Source: a bacterium
GTDB taxonomy: Bacteria; UBA10199; 2-02-FULL-44-16; JAAZCA01
Direction: 5' to 3'
Length of the DNA: 64,000 nt
Assembly (NCBI GenBank): GCA_021810905.1
Contig: JAJZQH010000003.1
Location: forward strand, 1,897-65,896
Positions 1 to 9,652 of this stretch are shown piece after piece (positions within the stretch are counted from its first letter, which is position 1; every line of letters begins with the position of its first letter). The notes under the pieces are model-generated. The model saw nothing but the letters and a program-made list of their open reading frames with translations, had not been told where the DNA came from and made no database searches. A program made the translations under genes and the position numbers.

Positions 1-3000
1 AAAAGCAGGCGAAAGAGCGCCGCAAAGAGCACCATAAAGAGGCTCGAATGATTCTCCCGTGCCAGCGCCTTTAGCTTGTGCGCCACATCCTGACTGATGA
101 CAGTTCGATATTGCGCGGTTCTCCTGTCCGCGACGTCTCCTCCCTCACTATCGTGCGGCATCGAGGGGATGAAGAGTTCCGTCTTCTGTAAGGCATCCCT
201 CCAAAAGTCGATTTCAGGCTGTATCAATCTCCTGTCGCTCAGAAATCGGCGGTGCCATTCCGAATAATCACGAAACTGAAGCGAAGGAAGACCTGGCGTA
301 AAGCGCTCGCCGCCGTGTCGAGATCGCAGCATGGCCTCGATTTCGCGCTTCAGATTGTACAAGGACCACCCGTCTCCTATAATATGATTCATCGCGAAGA
401 GGAGATCCGATCCAACATCTCCGTTCTGCACCATGACCGCCCTGAAGAGCGATGGTTCCTCCAAAGCAAAAGCCGCGTCGCCTTCCTTCGCGGCGAGTGC
501 AGCAAACTCCGTCGCTACCTTCTCCCCTCTCTCGTTGGAAAGATCGACCATCCTGAAATGCAGCCGCCCGGTCTCGTGAATCCGCTGAAATACGCAGCCA
601 TCCTCCTCTTCGAACGATGTCCGCAAGCTTTCATGCCTGCGGACGATCAGGCAAAGCAACTCTTGAAGAACATCCGCCTCCACATTGTCGTCGAGATGCA
701 TGGTAAAGACCATGTTCGACGAGGCATCAGCCGGCTCCTCGCGATATCGCCGCCAGATCCTCTTCTGCGCGATGGTAGCATCATAGCGATCACAATCAGA
801 CGCAGGACGGATGATATATCGGCTTGCTCCCTCCCGCCGATTTCTCAACATTTCCGCAAGCGAGGCGATCGTCGGATGAATATAAATCGTCCTGATCCTG
901 AGATCCGCATGGAAGATGCGGTTCACGGCATTCATAACCTGCATCGCCCGCATCGAATGACCGCCGAGATCGAAGAAATCGTCATCTATACCGACTTCCT
1001 CCACACCCAGTTCGCGCTTCCAAATCTCTATCAATTGATTTTCCAATTCATCTTGCGCGCCGCGCCCGCCAGCACGCGGTCTCGTCGCCCCCTCTCGCTC
1101 TCCAGGACGGATCGGCCCTTCACATGTCAGGGCCGCATTCAATTCGCCACACTCGCCGATCCGCAGATCCGGATAATCCAGAATCTCCATGATTATCCGT
1201 TCAAAGGCCGAGACATAAGATCGGACTGTCGCCCCACTGAGTAGATTCGGGGCAAAAGCGAAGGATAAATGCAGTCCGCGCTCAACGTCATGAACGTGCA
1301 ATGCGAGCGGAAATTTCGCCGAGACGAAATCACCTTCTATTTTCTTGAATGAAGCATCCCCTATAAAGAGATGCGTAAAATCATGACTAACCTGACCGAA
1401 CATGACATCAAAGAGCTGCGCATGAGTGGATATTCCGTTCGCGTAAAGCCGGCCGACGAGATATTCAAACTGATACTCAGACCGATCATATCCTTCGAGG
1501 ATCACACCTCGCACACGGCGCATGAACTCACGCCATGTCAGATTCGAGCACATACAAAATCGCAGGGGTAACGTGTTGACGAACAGGCCGACCACTCGAT
1601 CGAACTCCGCGTTTTTACGATCCGTGAAGGGCATGCCGATGGTCACGTCCTTGCCGCCCGCAGCCCTCGAAAGGAGGACCGTCAGCGCCATCATCAATAC
1701 CATGTAGGTCGTCGCAGATTCCTCCTGTGCGAATCGCAGAAGACGCTCCGCGATACCCGAATCGAGATCGAGGGCGATGGACTCTTCTACGCAATCGAAC
1801 GATGAGAGTTGATCCCCCAGGATTGGAAGGGATTTTGTCTTCTCAATATCGCGGCATCGTTCTGACCAATATGCCTCATGCGCGTGTTTTACCGTGCTCT
1901 CGCGCAACCGCTGATGTTCCGAAAAATCTCTATATTGAAATACAGTCTCTGGGAGGATCTTTCCTCGATAGAGCGCATCCAGATCGTGAAAAAGGACGTG
2001 AGCGGACCGATCATCGAAGATGATATGATGCACGTCCATCGCGAGCACCTTCCTCCCGTCATCATATTCGACCAGGGCAAACCTCAAAAGAGGTGCCCTT
2101 TCCAGGCAAAAGGGACGGACGAACCGTTGCAGGGCACGCGTTTCACCATCGATTCGGTCGATTCGAAATGGAACAGATCGATGAATCCGCTGAAGCATGT
2201 TCCCATGCGCCACCTCGAAGGATGTCCTCAACGACTCATGGCGTTCGATCAGCGCCAGCACCGATGATTCGAGTTTCGGTACGTCGATATCGCCCAATAT
2301 CTCGTAAAAGAGAGGGATGTTATATGCGGTACTCTCCGGATGAAGTTGCTGCAGCAGGTAGAATCGGCGCTGAGACGATGACATTTCATAGCTATCGCGG
2401 GACTCGGTTCGATTGATTTCCGAAGTTGTCAAGACGCCATCGGCCGGAATTTTTCGAGCTAATTCCGCAATGCACGGATGTTCGAAGATATCGCCTATGG
2501 AAATCTCGGCGCCGAATTCGTTTCTGACGCGATCAACGATGCGAAGCGCGATCAAGGAATGCCCTCCGAGGTCGAAAAAATCATCGCGGACTCCCGCGCA
2601 TTCCATGCCGAGCTCTTGTCGCCAGATATCCGCCAGACGCAACTCAACGTCACTGCGCGGGGCCTCATATTCGTCATGAAATTCGGAGACCGCTTCCGAA
2701 AGCGCCGCACGATCCACTTTCCCGTGGATCGTGCGCGGTAACCGCGCCAATGACACAAATCTAGAGGGAACCATATAGCGCGGCAACATCTCCAGCATAT
2801 GTCGCCTAAGCTGCGTAACCCTATTATCTCCGTCAAAGACGACATAGGCCGACAGCGTTTTTTCGTCATGGACCGTTTGATTCACGACAACGACGTTTTC
2901 CTTTACCCCGCGATATGCAGCGATGCACTTCTCCACCTCTCCAAGTTCGATTCTATAACCACGCACCTTTACCTGATCATCGCGGCGGCCTATAAAATCG

Positions 3001-4178
3001 ATATCGCCCTCGGGAAGCATTCGCGCAAAATCGCCCGACCGATACATCCGCTCTCCGGGAACGAAAGGATCCGCGGAAAAGCGTTCCGCCGTCAGCCGCT
3101 CGTCATGGAGATATCCGCGTGATACCGCCGCGCCTGCAATATGGATCTCGCCCACTTGTCCGTCGGAAACTCGGAGTCCATCGTCGCCCATGAGATAGAT
3201 GCGCGTATTCGCAACAGGCTTCCCGACGGGGACATTCTCTCCGGGTTTGGGGCCGGTACGATAGCGATACGTCGTAGCGCAGATCGTCGTCTCAGTCGGA
3301 CCGTATGCATTGATGACGATCATTCGCTCATGCATGTCCTGATATCTTTTGAGGACTTCATCCCGGATCGGCTCGACGCCGACGAGAAGTTTTCGAAGTC
3401 GCAGCGTATCACGGGATCCGCTCAGAATCCTCGATACGTCGTCTATAAATCCAGGCGGAATGTACGCAAAAGTGACACCCTTCTCCCGAATCACATGGGT
3501 AAACTCCTCAACATCGTAGCATTGATCGTTCTTGAGCAGGATCAAACGCGATCCATGAAAAAGCGGGAGAAATATTTCGGCAACGCTCACGTCAAACGAG
3601 ATGCTGGCGCCGGCGAGAAAGACATCCGTTTCATCCAGGCGTCCTTCATAGACATCAGCCATGTGATGAATGAAGTTGGCGAGCTGGGCATGCTCGACCA
3701 TCACGCCCTTAGGCTTTCCCGTGGAACCGGACGTATATATGACATAAGCCAAATCGGACGGATCGGGCTGTACCTCCGGTTCCTCGATATCTCCCCGGAG
3801 GAAGAGGGAATCGTCCAGATCGATCACACGATATTCGTCGCTCCATTTCCACAAACTGCAGCTGCCGGACGTCATCACCACGCTCGATCCGCTCTCCTCC
3901 AGAATGCACTCGATACGCTTTCGCGGATTGGCGGAATCGAGCGGCAGATAGGCACCACCCGCCTTCAGGGCGGAAACCATGCCCACGATCATTTCGATCG
4001 ACCGATCGGCGACGATCCCTACGATTACATCGCGCCCGACGCCAAGCCCGCGGAGCCGATTAGCGATACGGCCCGCCCTCTTGTTCAACTCTCCATAGGT
4101 AATCCCTCGATCGCCGCACTCCACCGCTACGGCCTCGGGCCGCATCCTGCCCCACCTGCCGATAGCTTCAAACACCAT
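1..4178 (-). CDS. Non-ribosomal peptide synthetase, N-terminal part (A-T-C-T-C...), continues beyond the window start
   Basis: Absent from the ORF track because no stop lies in the window. My reverse-strand translation from ATG 4178-4176 reads MVFEAIGRWGRMRPEAVAVECGDRGITYGELN. The A3 core AYVIYTSGSTGKPKG is encoded at 3705-3749. Carrier-protein motifs DDFFDLGGHS have Ser codons at 2556-2558 and 954-956. Condensation His motifs are HHIIFDDRS (HH codons 2025-2030) and NHIIGDG (384-389). Plus-strand ORFs 252..1244 and 3141..4451 are antisense shadows. ATGA start/stop overlap with the upstream gene at 4178. Confidence 0.85.
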   Translation of the reverse strand, partial: MVFEAIGRWGRMRPEAVAVECGDRGITYGELNKRAGRIANRLRGLGVGRDVIVGIVADRSIEMIVGMVSALKAGGAYLPLDSANPRKRIECILEESGSSVVMTSGSCSLWKWSDEYRVIDLDDSLFLRGDIEEPEVQPDPSDLAYVIYTSGSTGKPKGVMVEHAQLANFIHHMADVYEGRLDETDVFLAGASISFDVSVAEIFLPLFHGSRLILLKNDQCYDVEEFTHVIREKGVTFAYIPPGFIDDVSRILSGSRDTLRLRKLLVGVEPIRDEVLKRYQDMHERMIVINAYGPTETTICATTYRYRTGPKPGENVPVGKPVANTRIYLMGDDGLRVSDGQVGEIHIAGAAVSRGYLHDERLTAERFSADPFVPGERMYRSGDFARMLPEGDIDFIGRRDDQVKVRGYRIELGEVEKCIAAYRGVKENVVVVNQTVHDEKTLSAYVVFDGDNRVTQLRRHMLEMLPRYMVPSRFVSLARLPRTIHGKVDRAALSEAVSEFHDEYEAPRSDVELRLADIWRQELGMECAGVRDDFFDLGGHSLIALRIVDRVRNEFGAEISIGDIFEHPCIAELARKIPADGVLTTSEINRTESRDSYEMSSSQRRFYLLQQLHPESTAYNIPLFYEILGDIDVPKLESSVLALIERHESLRTSFEVAHGNMLQRIHRSVPFRIDRIDGETRALQRFVRPFCLERAPLLRFALVEYDDGRKVLAMDVHHIIFDDRSAHVLFHDLDALYRGKILPETVFQYRDFSEHQRLRESTVKHAHEAYWSERCRDIEKTKSLPILGDQLSSFDCVEESIALDLDSGIAERLLRFAQEESATTYMVLMMALTVLLSRAAGGKDVTIGMPFTDRKNAEFDRVVGLFVNTLPLRFCMCSNLTWREFMRRVRGVILEGYDRSEYQFEYLVGRLYANGISTHAQLFDVMFGQVSHDFTHLFIGDASFKKIEGDFVSAKFPLALHVHDVERGLHLSFAFAPNLLSGATVRSYVSAFERIIMEILDYPDLRIGECGELNAALTCEGPIRPGEREGATRPRAGGRGAQDELENQLIEIWKRELGVEEVGIDDDFFDLGGHSMRAMQVMNAVNRIFHADLRIRTIYIHPTIASLAEMLRNRREGASRYIIRPASDCDRYDATIAQKRIWRRYREEPADASSNMVFTMHLDDNVEADVLQELLCLIVRRHESLRTSFEEEDGCVFQRIHETGRLHFRMVDLSNERGEKVATEFAALAAKEGDAAFALEEPSLFRAVMVQNGDVGSDLLFAMNHIIGDGWSLYNLKREIEAMLRSRHGGERFTPGLPSLQFRDYSEWHRRFLSDRRLIQPEIDFWRDALQKTELFIPSMPHDSEGGDVADRRTAQYRTVISQDVAHKLKALARENHSSLFMVLFAALFRLL

Positions 4179-5113
4179 CATAATGCGCCGCCCTTCGTGA
4201 CAGAAGTCTTCCCCTCACGATGCACGTTTGCAAAGATTTCGCCGATGATACCGAGGACTGAAGCGATGGTGATGTTGGAGACATCCAACGATGGGGCGAA
4301 TTCCACGATATCGAAGGCGCGCACTGAAATCGGAAGCGACTCGATCATCTTGAGGAGCACGCTTACCGGGATTCCGGCGGCCACGGGCGTTCCCGTTCCC
4401 GGAGCACAGGATGGATCGAGCACATCCACGTCGACCGACACATACAGATGATCGACACGGCGGGAGATATCTTCAACGCCTCGTCGAAATCGCTCCAGCG
4501 CACCAGTATCGAAGAGAAGTTCGTCTGAGGGCAGCTCGTGAATGCCCGTCCGCTTGATATACGGCATCTCCTCCTGTTCATACGCGCGCGTTCCCACCAG
4601 GAGGCAGTCGGTCGGCCTGATCTCCGTCGTTTCAATCGCGCGACGCAGCGCCGATCCATGTGAGAAAGAAAAACCATGATACGTATCGAGTAGATCGGGA
4701 TGCGCGTCGAACCAGATAACACCCGTCCTCCCTCGCTTCGCCACAGCCTTGAGGATAGGATGGGTAACGGAGTGATCGCCCCCTATGGACACAAGCGTTG
4801 AATCCGTCCCGTCAAGGACGGCGGAACAGCTGCATTCTATGGCGTCGAATGTCTTCATCGCATCGAAGGTGGAAACGTCAACATCTCCAATGTCGAGGAT
4901 CCGTATTGACGACAGGTCATCGCCGCGACGGGATGTCGATTTCAACCTCCCAGTCATGGATCGCACTCGCCCGGGCGCAAAAGCGGCGCCACGCTGGCCG
5001 CCGGCTCCTCCGTCGAATGGTATCCCGAGGATGAGCACGTCGGCATCGCCAGGGGAATTCGCTTTTGTCCCCACTCCGTTCCATGCGCCATATCCTTCGG
5101 ATTTTAAAAACAT
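4178..5113 (-). CDS. Arginase-fold ureohydrolase (agmatinase / guanidino-acid hydrolase-like)
   Basis: ORF 4178..5206. Arginase-family metal-binding motifs GGDHS, DAHPD and SVDVDVLDP. Start moved to ATG 5113 (MFLKSEGYGAWNG), preceded by AGGAGG. Its stop overlaps the NRPS start (ATGA). Confidence 0.8.
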   Translation of the reverse strand: MFLKSEGYGAWNGVGTKANSPGDADVLILGIPFDGGAGGQRGAAFAPGRVRSMTGRLKSTSRRGDDLSSIRILDIGDVDVSTFDAMKTFDAIECSCSAVLDGTDSTLVSIGGDHSVTHPILKAVAKRGRTGVIWFDAHPDLLDTYHGFSFSHGSALRRAIETTEIRPTDCLLVGTRAYEQEEMPYIKRTGIHELPSDELLFDTGALERFRRGVEDISRRVDHLYVSVDVDVLDPSCAPGTGTPVAAGIPVSVLLKMIESLPISVRAFDIVEFAPSLDVSNITIASVLGIIGEIFANVHREGKTSVTKGGAL

Positions 5114-5238
5114 AACATTCCTCCTATTCGAGAGCCCGTAACCCCGGACATTGCATGCAGGTCGAGTGTCCCAAAAAACAGCCCCGACAAAACGCTGGCT
5201 GGTCATGCATCATCCATGGGCACACAGTGATATTGCGC

Positions 5239-5823
5239 CTAGGGAATCGGCACAACGTTGAACTGGAACTGGGTCCCATCGACGATCTTCCGTTCAATGC
5301 TGTCAAGATCGCTCACGACTGCACAATAAGACGCCAGCCAATCAAGCGCCCTCTGTTTGTCGCTGTCACGGGTGGAGACCACTCCGTCGGACGGTACGAT
5401 CACATGATAGCCCCGGAAATAAGCATCCGCCGCCGTCGTTTGCACACATATCTGCGTCTGCATACCTGTGATGACGATGGTATCGACACCCAGCACCTTA
5501 AGACGTTCGTCGAGTTTCGTCTCGAAGAACCCGCTATCCTTATTCTTCTCAACGATGATATCACGATCATCGAGGTAGTCCTGTGCTATCATTGCGCCCT
5601 TTGTACCGCGCAGGACGGGCAACACGCCGTTATGAAGCTCCGCGTGGTTGTCGTCCTCGTCATAGATCAGCTGAAGATGGACGATTGGAATATTCATCTC
5701 GCGCATTTTTTTGAGAAAGCGGATCATCGAAGGAGCGAATCGCTCGACCTGCTTGCGGCGCTCTTCATTCTTGTTAATGAGGTCATACTGCAGATCGTTG
5801 GTTAAAATTGCATATCGCGCCAT
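5239..5823 (-). CDS. Isochorismatase-family cysteine hydrolase
   Basis: ORF 5239..5895. Start moved to ATG 5823 (MARYAILTNDLQ) behind GGGGAG. Family-typical segment DTIVITGMQTQICVQTTAADA carries the nucleophile Cys. Confidence 0.75.
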   Translation of the reverse strand: MARYAILTNDLQYDLINKNEERRKQVERFAPSMIRFLKKMREMNIPIVHLQLIYDEDDNHAELHNGVLPVLRGTKGAMIAQDYLDDRDIIVEKNKDSGFFETKLDERLKVLGVDTIVITGMQTQICVQTTAADAYFRGYHVIVPSDGVVSTRDSDKQRALDWLASYCAVVSDLDSIERKIVDGTQFQFNVVPIP

Positions 5824-5878
5824 TTTGGACTCCCCTAAATATTGAACAACAAATTCGTGCACAATAGCTTCCATTCGC

Positions 5879-7294
5879 TCAGATGGACCGACCAATATTC
5901 CTCTTCATCATTGTTGAAAATCGCGAAAGTCCATCCTTCCAGATTTCGAAAATCTCCTGCTCGTCGAGATATTCTGTTCTGGTCACGGATGGCTGATCTT
6001 CTCGCCAGCTGTCAAAGTTTTCGCCAATAATCGTCAAATGATAGCGTTCGAAATTATGGTAGAGGTCGGTCCCCGGATAAGGCGTCGTGATATAGTACTC
6101 CACGATATCCGCGAGCCCCTCTTCGAGCAGCTTTTCGGCATAGGCGATCGTCCGGTAGGCGGTATCCCTCGATTCGCCAGGCAGCCCAACCATCCAGTAA
6201 AGGAGGACATTCAGCCCGGCATCCTTGGCCATTTTACAGGATGCTCTGATCTGCTCGACTCGAATTCCCTTCCGGATGAGATCGAGTAATTCCTGGTTCG
6301 CACTCTCCGCGCCGTACTTGATGAGCCGGCAATTGCCCTCATGCATCTTTCGGAGGATTCGGGGGGTCACAAGATCGCAACGCGTCTGAGCGATCCATCG
6401 AAAACCCCGGTTCCGCATCTCCATTCCAAACTCCTCCACATAGGAGGGATTCGTCGTGAATGATTCATCGCCGACATAAAGCAGATCTATGTCAAAATAT
6501 TTTCGTAGAAGTTCCGCCTGCGTTACGGTTCGCTCCATACTCTGATACAACGGTTTTCTCCCCTTCCAGATCGTGTCCGCACAATACGCACAGTTATAGG
6601 TACAGCCCCTCGACGTATAGATCCGGGCGAAAGGAATCTGACCGCGATAGATGTCGTTCGGTATGAGATGATATGCCGGCATAGGGAGACGATCGGATAT
6701 GATCGCTTCCTTGCTGAATGGATTTACATTGATCTCACCATCACGTTTCCACGAGATTCCCGGGATACCTCTAAGATCTCCGCCATCATGGAGGCACCGT
6801 AATAGATCTGGCAGGATGAATTCGCCCTCCCCTCTCACAACGATATCGATATCCTCCTCTTCCAGGCATGAGCGATCCGTATAGGACACATGTGGTCCGC
6901 CAAGAACAACGAAGACATCTCGGCCCAGCACTTTTTTGACCAATCGGGAAACGCGAACGGCAACGCTGAAACTATTGGTAAAAGGCGACATGCCAACCAC
7001 ACGAGATGTGACCTGGCTGAGTTCCCTCGCAATGGCATCATAGTCGATGTCGCATCCGGAATAAGATGTGAGATCCAGGACATCTGCGGTCAAGCCTTCG
7101 TGCTCAAGGGTTCCCCCCAACGCGGCAATCCAAAGCGGGAGCTCCTTGATGTCGTAGATCGGGGCTTTTACGAATTTTCCACCGATTCTCCGTTCAAAGA
7201 AATCCCAGTAGACATCATAAAACGCGCTCTCCTCTTTATGAATGAACGGTTTCGCGATCAGCGGAAGCTGGATAAACGTAAAATCACTGTTCAT
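5879..7294 (-). CDS. B12-binding-domain radical SAM enzyme
   Basis: ORF 5879..7294. N-terminal Rossmann/cobalamin-binding-like part (VVGMSPFTNSF...VVLGGPHVS). Radical SAM cluster motif CTYNCAYC (CxxxCxxC). ATGA overlap with the hypF stop at 7291-7294. Confidence 0.8.
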   Translation of the reverse strand: MNSDFTFIQLPLIAKPFIHKEESAFYDVYWDFFERRIGGKFVKAPIYDIKELPLWIAALGGTLEHEGLTADVLDLTSYSGCDIDYDAIARELSQVTSRVVGMSPFTNSFSVAVRVSRLVKKVLGRDVFVVLGGPHVSYTDRSCLEEEDIDIVVRGEGEFILPDLLRCLHDGGDLRGIPGISWKRDGEINVNPFSKEAIISDRLPMPAYHLIPNDIYRGQIPFARIYTSRGCTYNCAYCADTIWKGRKPLYQSMERTVTQAELLRKYFDIDLLYVGDESFTTNPSYVEEFGMEMRNRGFRWIAQTRCDLVTPRILRKMHEGNCRLIKYGAESANQELLDLIRKGIRVEQIRASCKMAKDAGLNVLLYWMVGLPGESRDTAYRTIAYAEKLLEEGLADIVEYYITTPYPGTDLYHNFERYHLTIIGENFDSWREDQPSVTRTEYLDEQEIFEIWKDGLSRFSTMMKRNIGRSI

Positions 7295-9630
7295 GATATT
7301 TCCTCGTCTCCAATCGATGAGCGGCCAAACTGGAGACCCGCGATGATCGCCTGTCCAAGCGACACACCGCCGTCATTGCTCGGAACCCTCGAATGCCTAT
7401 AAACGGAGAACCCGTCGTGCGTGAGAGAGCGGTAACAATGCGAGAGAAGAAATTCATTCATGAAGACACCGCCGCTCAAGACGACCTTCGCAAGCCCATG
7501 CGTGAGCCGGATGCGATGACAAACGTCTCTGACAATATCTACGATCGTTTGATGAAAACGACGGCTGATAACGCCAAGCGAGATGCCACCTCGCACGAGG
7601 AGATCCACGATCTCACGAATCATCGGCCGCATATCAATCATCCCAGAGGATGTTGATTCCATGAAGTCATAAGAGAACGATGTAAATTCATCCTCTCCGT
7701 CCGCCATGATGTATTCGAGTGCCATGGCCGCATGCCCTTCATGGGAAATTGACTCGATCACGCCGATAAGCGCGGAAACAGCATCAAACAAGCGGCCCAT
7801 GCTCGACGTTTGTGGAGAATTGATCCCTTGTTTCGCCATACGCAGAAGGAGATCCAGTTCGTCGCCCTGTCGTTCTCGGATAATCGGCAGGGGGAGTTCA
7901 CGAAGCACGTGCTCATCGTAGATCTGTGAAAGAATACCTATCGCCGTTCTATAGGGATGCTGCACAGCTTTATCTCCACCCGGAAGCGGAAAAGGCCGCA
8001 GGCAGGCAAAACGCTGAAATTGTTCATAACCTCCGACAAGGAACTCACCGCCCCAGATGCTGCCATCGGCGCCGTATCCGGCTCCATCGAAGATGACGCC
8101 GATCACGTCCTCATCCAGGCCATGCTCGCACATACATGAAGCCATATGGGCATGATGATGTTGAACCCTGACCACAGGAAGATGTTCCATTTCCTCGGCA
8201 TAGGCGCTCGTCAGAAAATCCGGATGGAGATCGCATGCTACAAGCTCAGGCGCAATATCATAGCTCGCCCTGATATGATCGATGATCTCACGGAGGAACC
8301 GGTAGATATATTGATTATTGATATTTCCTATATGTTGACTGACGAACATCCTCCTGTCCTTTGTCAGGCATATCGTGTTCTTCAGATCTGCACCGAGCGC
8401 CAACACGGAAGGAAGGGTACGATGGCACATGATCGGATGGGGGGCATATCCGCGCGCTCGGCGGAGTATCTCAACATGATGGCCATCCCCATTCGAGCCC
8501 ATACATCTGACGATCGAATCGTCGATTCTGATATGGATATTGCGGTCATGCGAAAGAAAAAAATCTGCGACGTCTTCGAGCTTCGTCAAGGCATCGTCGT
8601 CATCGCTGATGATCGGCTCATCAACCGCATTGCCGCTTGTGGCCACAAGTGCCGGAAAATGACCCCGGAGCAAGAGATAATGAAGGGGTGTGGAAGCAAG
8701 CATGACTCCGTAGCGACGGTTATCCGGGGCTACAGCCTGGCAAATGAGATCGTTCTTCTTCTTTCGGAGCAAAACGATGGGACGTTGTGGGGAAGCAAGC
8801 AACTGCCGTTCATCCTCCGAAACATGCGCAAAACAACGTACCTTGTCGATTTCGTCGGACATCATCGCAAAAGGCTTGAGGCTGCGCCGCTTCCTCCTGC
8901 GCAACTCGTTGACGGCGTCTTCCTGCGACGGATCAACCATTAAATGATAGCCGCCTAGCCCCTTGACGGCGATAATTAACCCTTGCCGCAGAAAATTCAC
9001 GGTTTCAAGGATGGGATCGCGGGTATCTACCGGCTCGCCATCTCGCCGCTTGAGAAAGAGCTGCGGTCCGCACTTCCAGCACGCATTGGGCTCTGCGTGA
9101 AATCGTCGATCCGACATATCCTCATATTCATCCATGCATTCCTCGCACATCCGGAACACATGCATCGTCGTATTGCACCGATCGTAGGGAATGTCCTTGA
9201 TGATGGAGTATCGAGGCCCACAATTCGTGCAGTTGATGAAAGGGTAACGATGCCGCCGGTCGGCGGGGTCGAAGAGTTCAGACAAACACTCGGAACAGAT
9301 GCTGGCGTCGGGAGAGATGAGTGTTTCGCGTGAGGCATCTTGCCTGCTCTCCAGGATGCGAAACTCCTTATGGAGGCCAGTCGCCTTTTCGACTGAGATG
9401 AGCTTGATCTCATCAACGACGGCCATGGACGGCGCATCGAATTTGAGCTCCTGAATGAATTTCGCGCTTTCCTCCTGCGGCCCTTCAATTTCGACAACCA
9501 CGCCCCGTGAATTGTTGAGGACCCATCCGCGAAGATCGTATTTCTTGGCGACGCGATAGACAAAGGGCCTGAATCCTACTCCCTGTACGATCCCGCTGAT
9601 CAGATATCGGCGCACTTCAAACATGGCCAT
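7291..9630 (-). CDS. hypF: Carbamoyltransferase HypF (full-length architecture)
   Basis: ORF 7291..9630. Acylphosphatase-like N-terminus ISGIVQGVGFRPFVYR. Two zinc-finger pairs (CSECLSEL..CTNCGPRYSI and CEECMDEY..CWKCGPQL). YrdC-like AVKGLGGYHLMVD. Kae1-like C-terminal half with VQHHHAHMASC. GGAGG RBS upstream. Confidence 0.9.
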   Translation of the reverse strand: MAMFEVRRYLISGIVQGVGFRPFVYRVAKKYDLRGWVLNNSRGVVVEIEGPQEESAKFIQELKFDAPSMAVVDEIKLISVEKATGLHKEFRILESRQDASRETLISPDASICSECLSELFDPADRRHRYPFINCTNCGPRYSIIKDIPYDRCNTTMHVFRMCEECMDEYEDMSDRRFHAEPNACWKCGPQLFLKRRDGEPVDTRDPILETVNFLRQGLIIAVKGLGGYHLMVDPSQEDAVNELRRRKRRSLKPFAMMSDEIDKVRCFAHVSEDERQLLASPQRPIVLLRKKKNDLICQAVAPDNRRYGVMLASTPLHYLLLRGHFPALVATSGNAVDEPIISDDDDALTKLEDVADFFLSHDRNIHIRIDDSIVRCMGSNGDGHHVEILRRARGYAPHPIMCHRTLPSVLALGADLKNTICLTKDRRMFVSQHIGNINNQYIYRFLREIIDHIRASYDIAPELVACDLHPDFLTSAYAEEMEHLPVVRVQHHHAHMASCMCEHGLDEDVIGVIFDGAGYGADGSIWGGEFLVGGYEQFQRFACLRPFPLPGGDKAVQHPYRTAIGILSQIYDEHVLRELPLPIIRERQGDELDLLLRMAKQGINSPQTSSMGRLFDAVSALIGVIESISHEGHAAMALEYIMADGEDEFTSFSYDFMESTSSGMIDMRPMIREIVDLLVRGGISLGVISRRFHQTIVDIVRDVCHRIRLTHGLAKVVLSGGVFMNEFLLSHCYRSLTHDGFSVYRHSRVPSNDGGVSLGQAIIAGLQFGRSSIGDEEIS

Positions 9631-9652
9631 TTGCGCCTCCGCAATAACGTAT

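Noticed and set aside
252-4451. Long plus-strand ORFs 252..1244 (330 aa) and 3141..4451 (436 aa), plus many shorter ones
   Set aside because: They are antisense shadows of the minus-strand NRPS. The reverse strand carries unmistakable A, PCP and C core motifs, and the plus-strand products are low-complexity R/H/P-rich sequences with no motifs.
8146-9563. ORFs 8146..8943 (+), 8983..9333 (+) and 9027..9563 (-) inside hypF
   Set aside because: These are out-of-frame or antisense ORFs typical of GC-rich coding DNA. The HypF frame explains the region completely.
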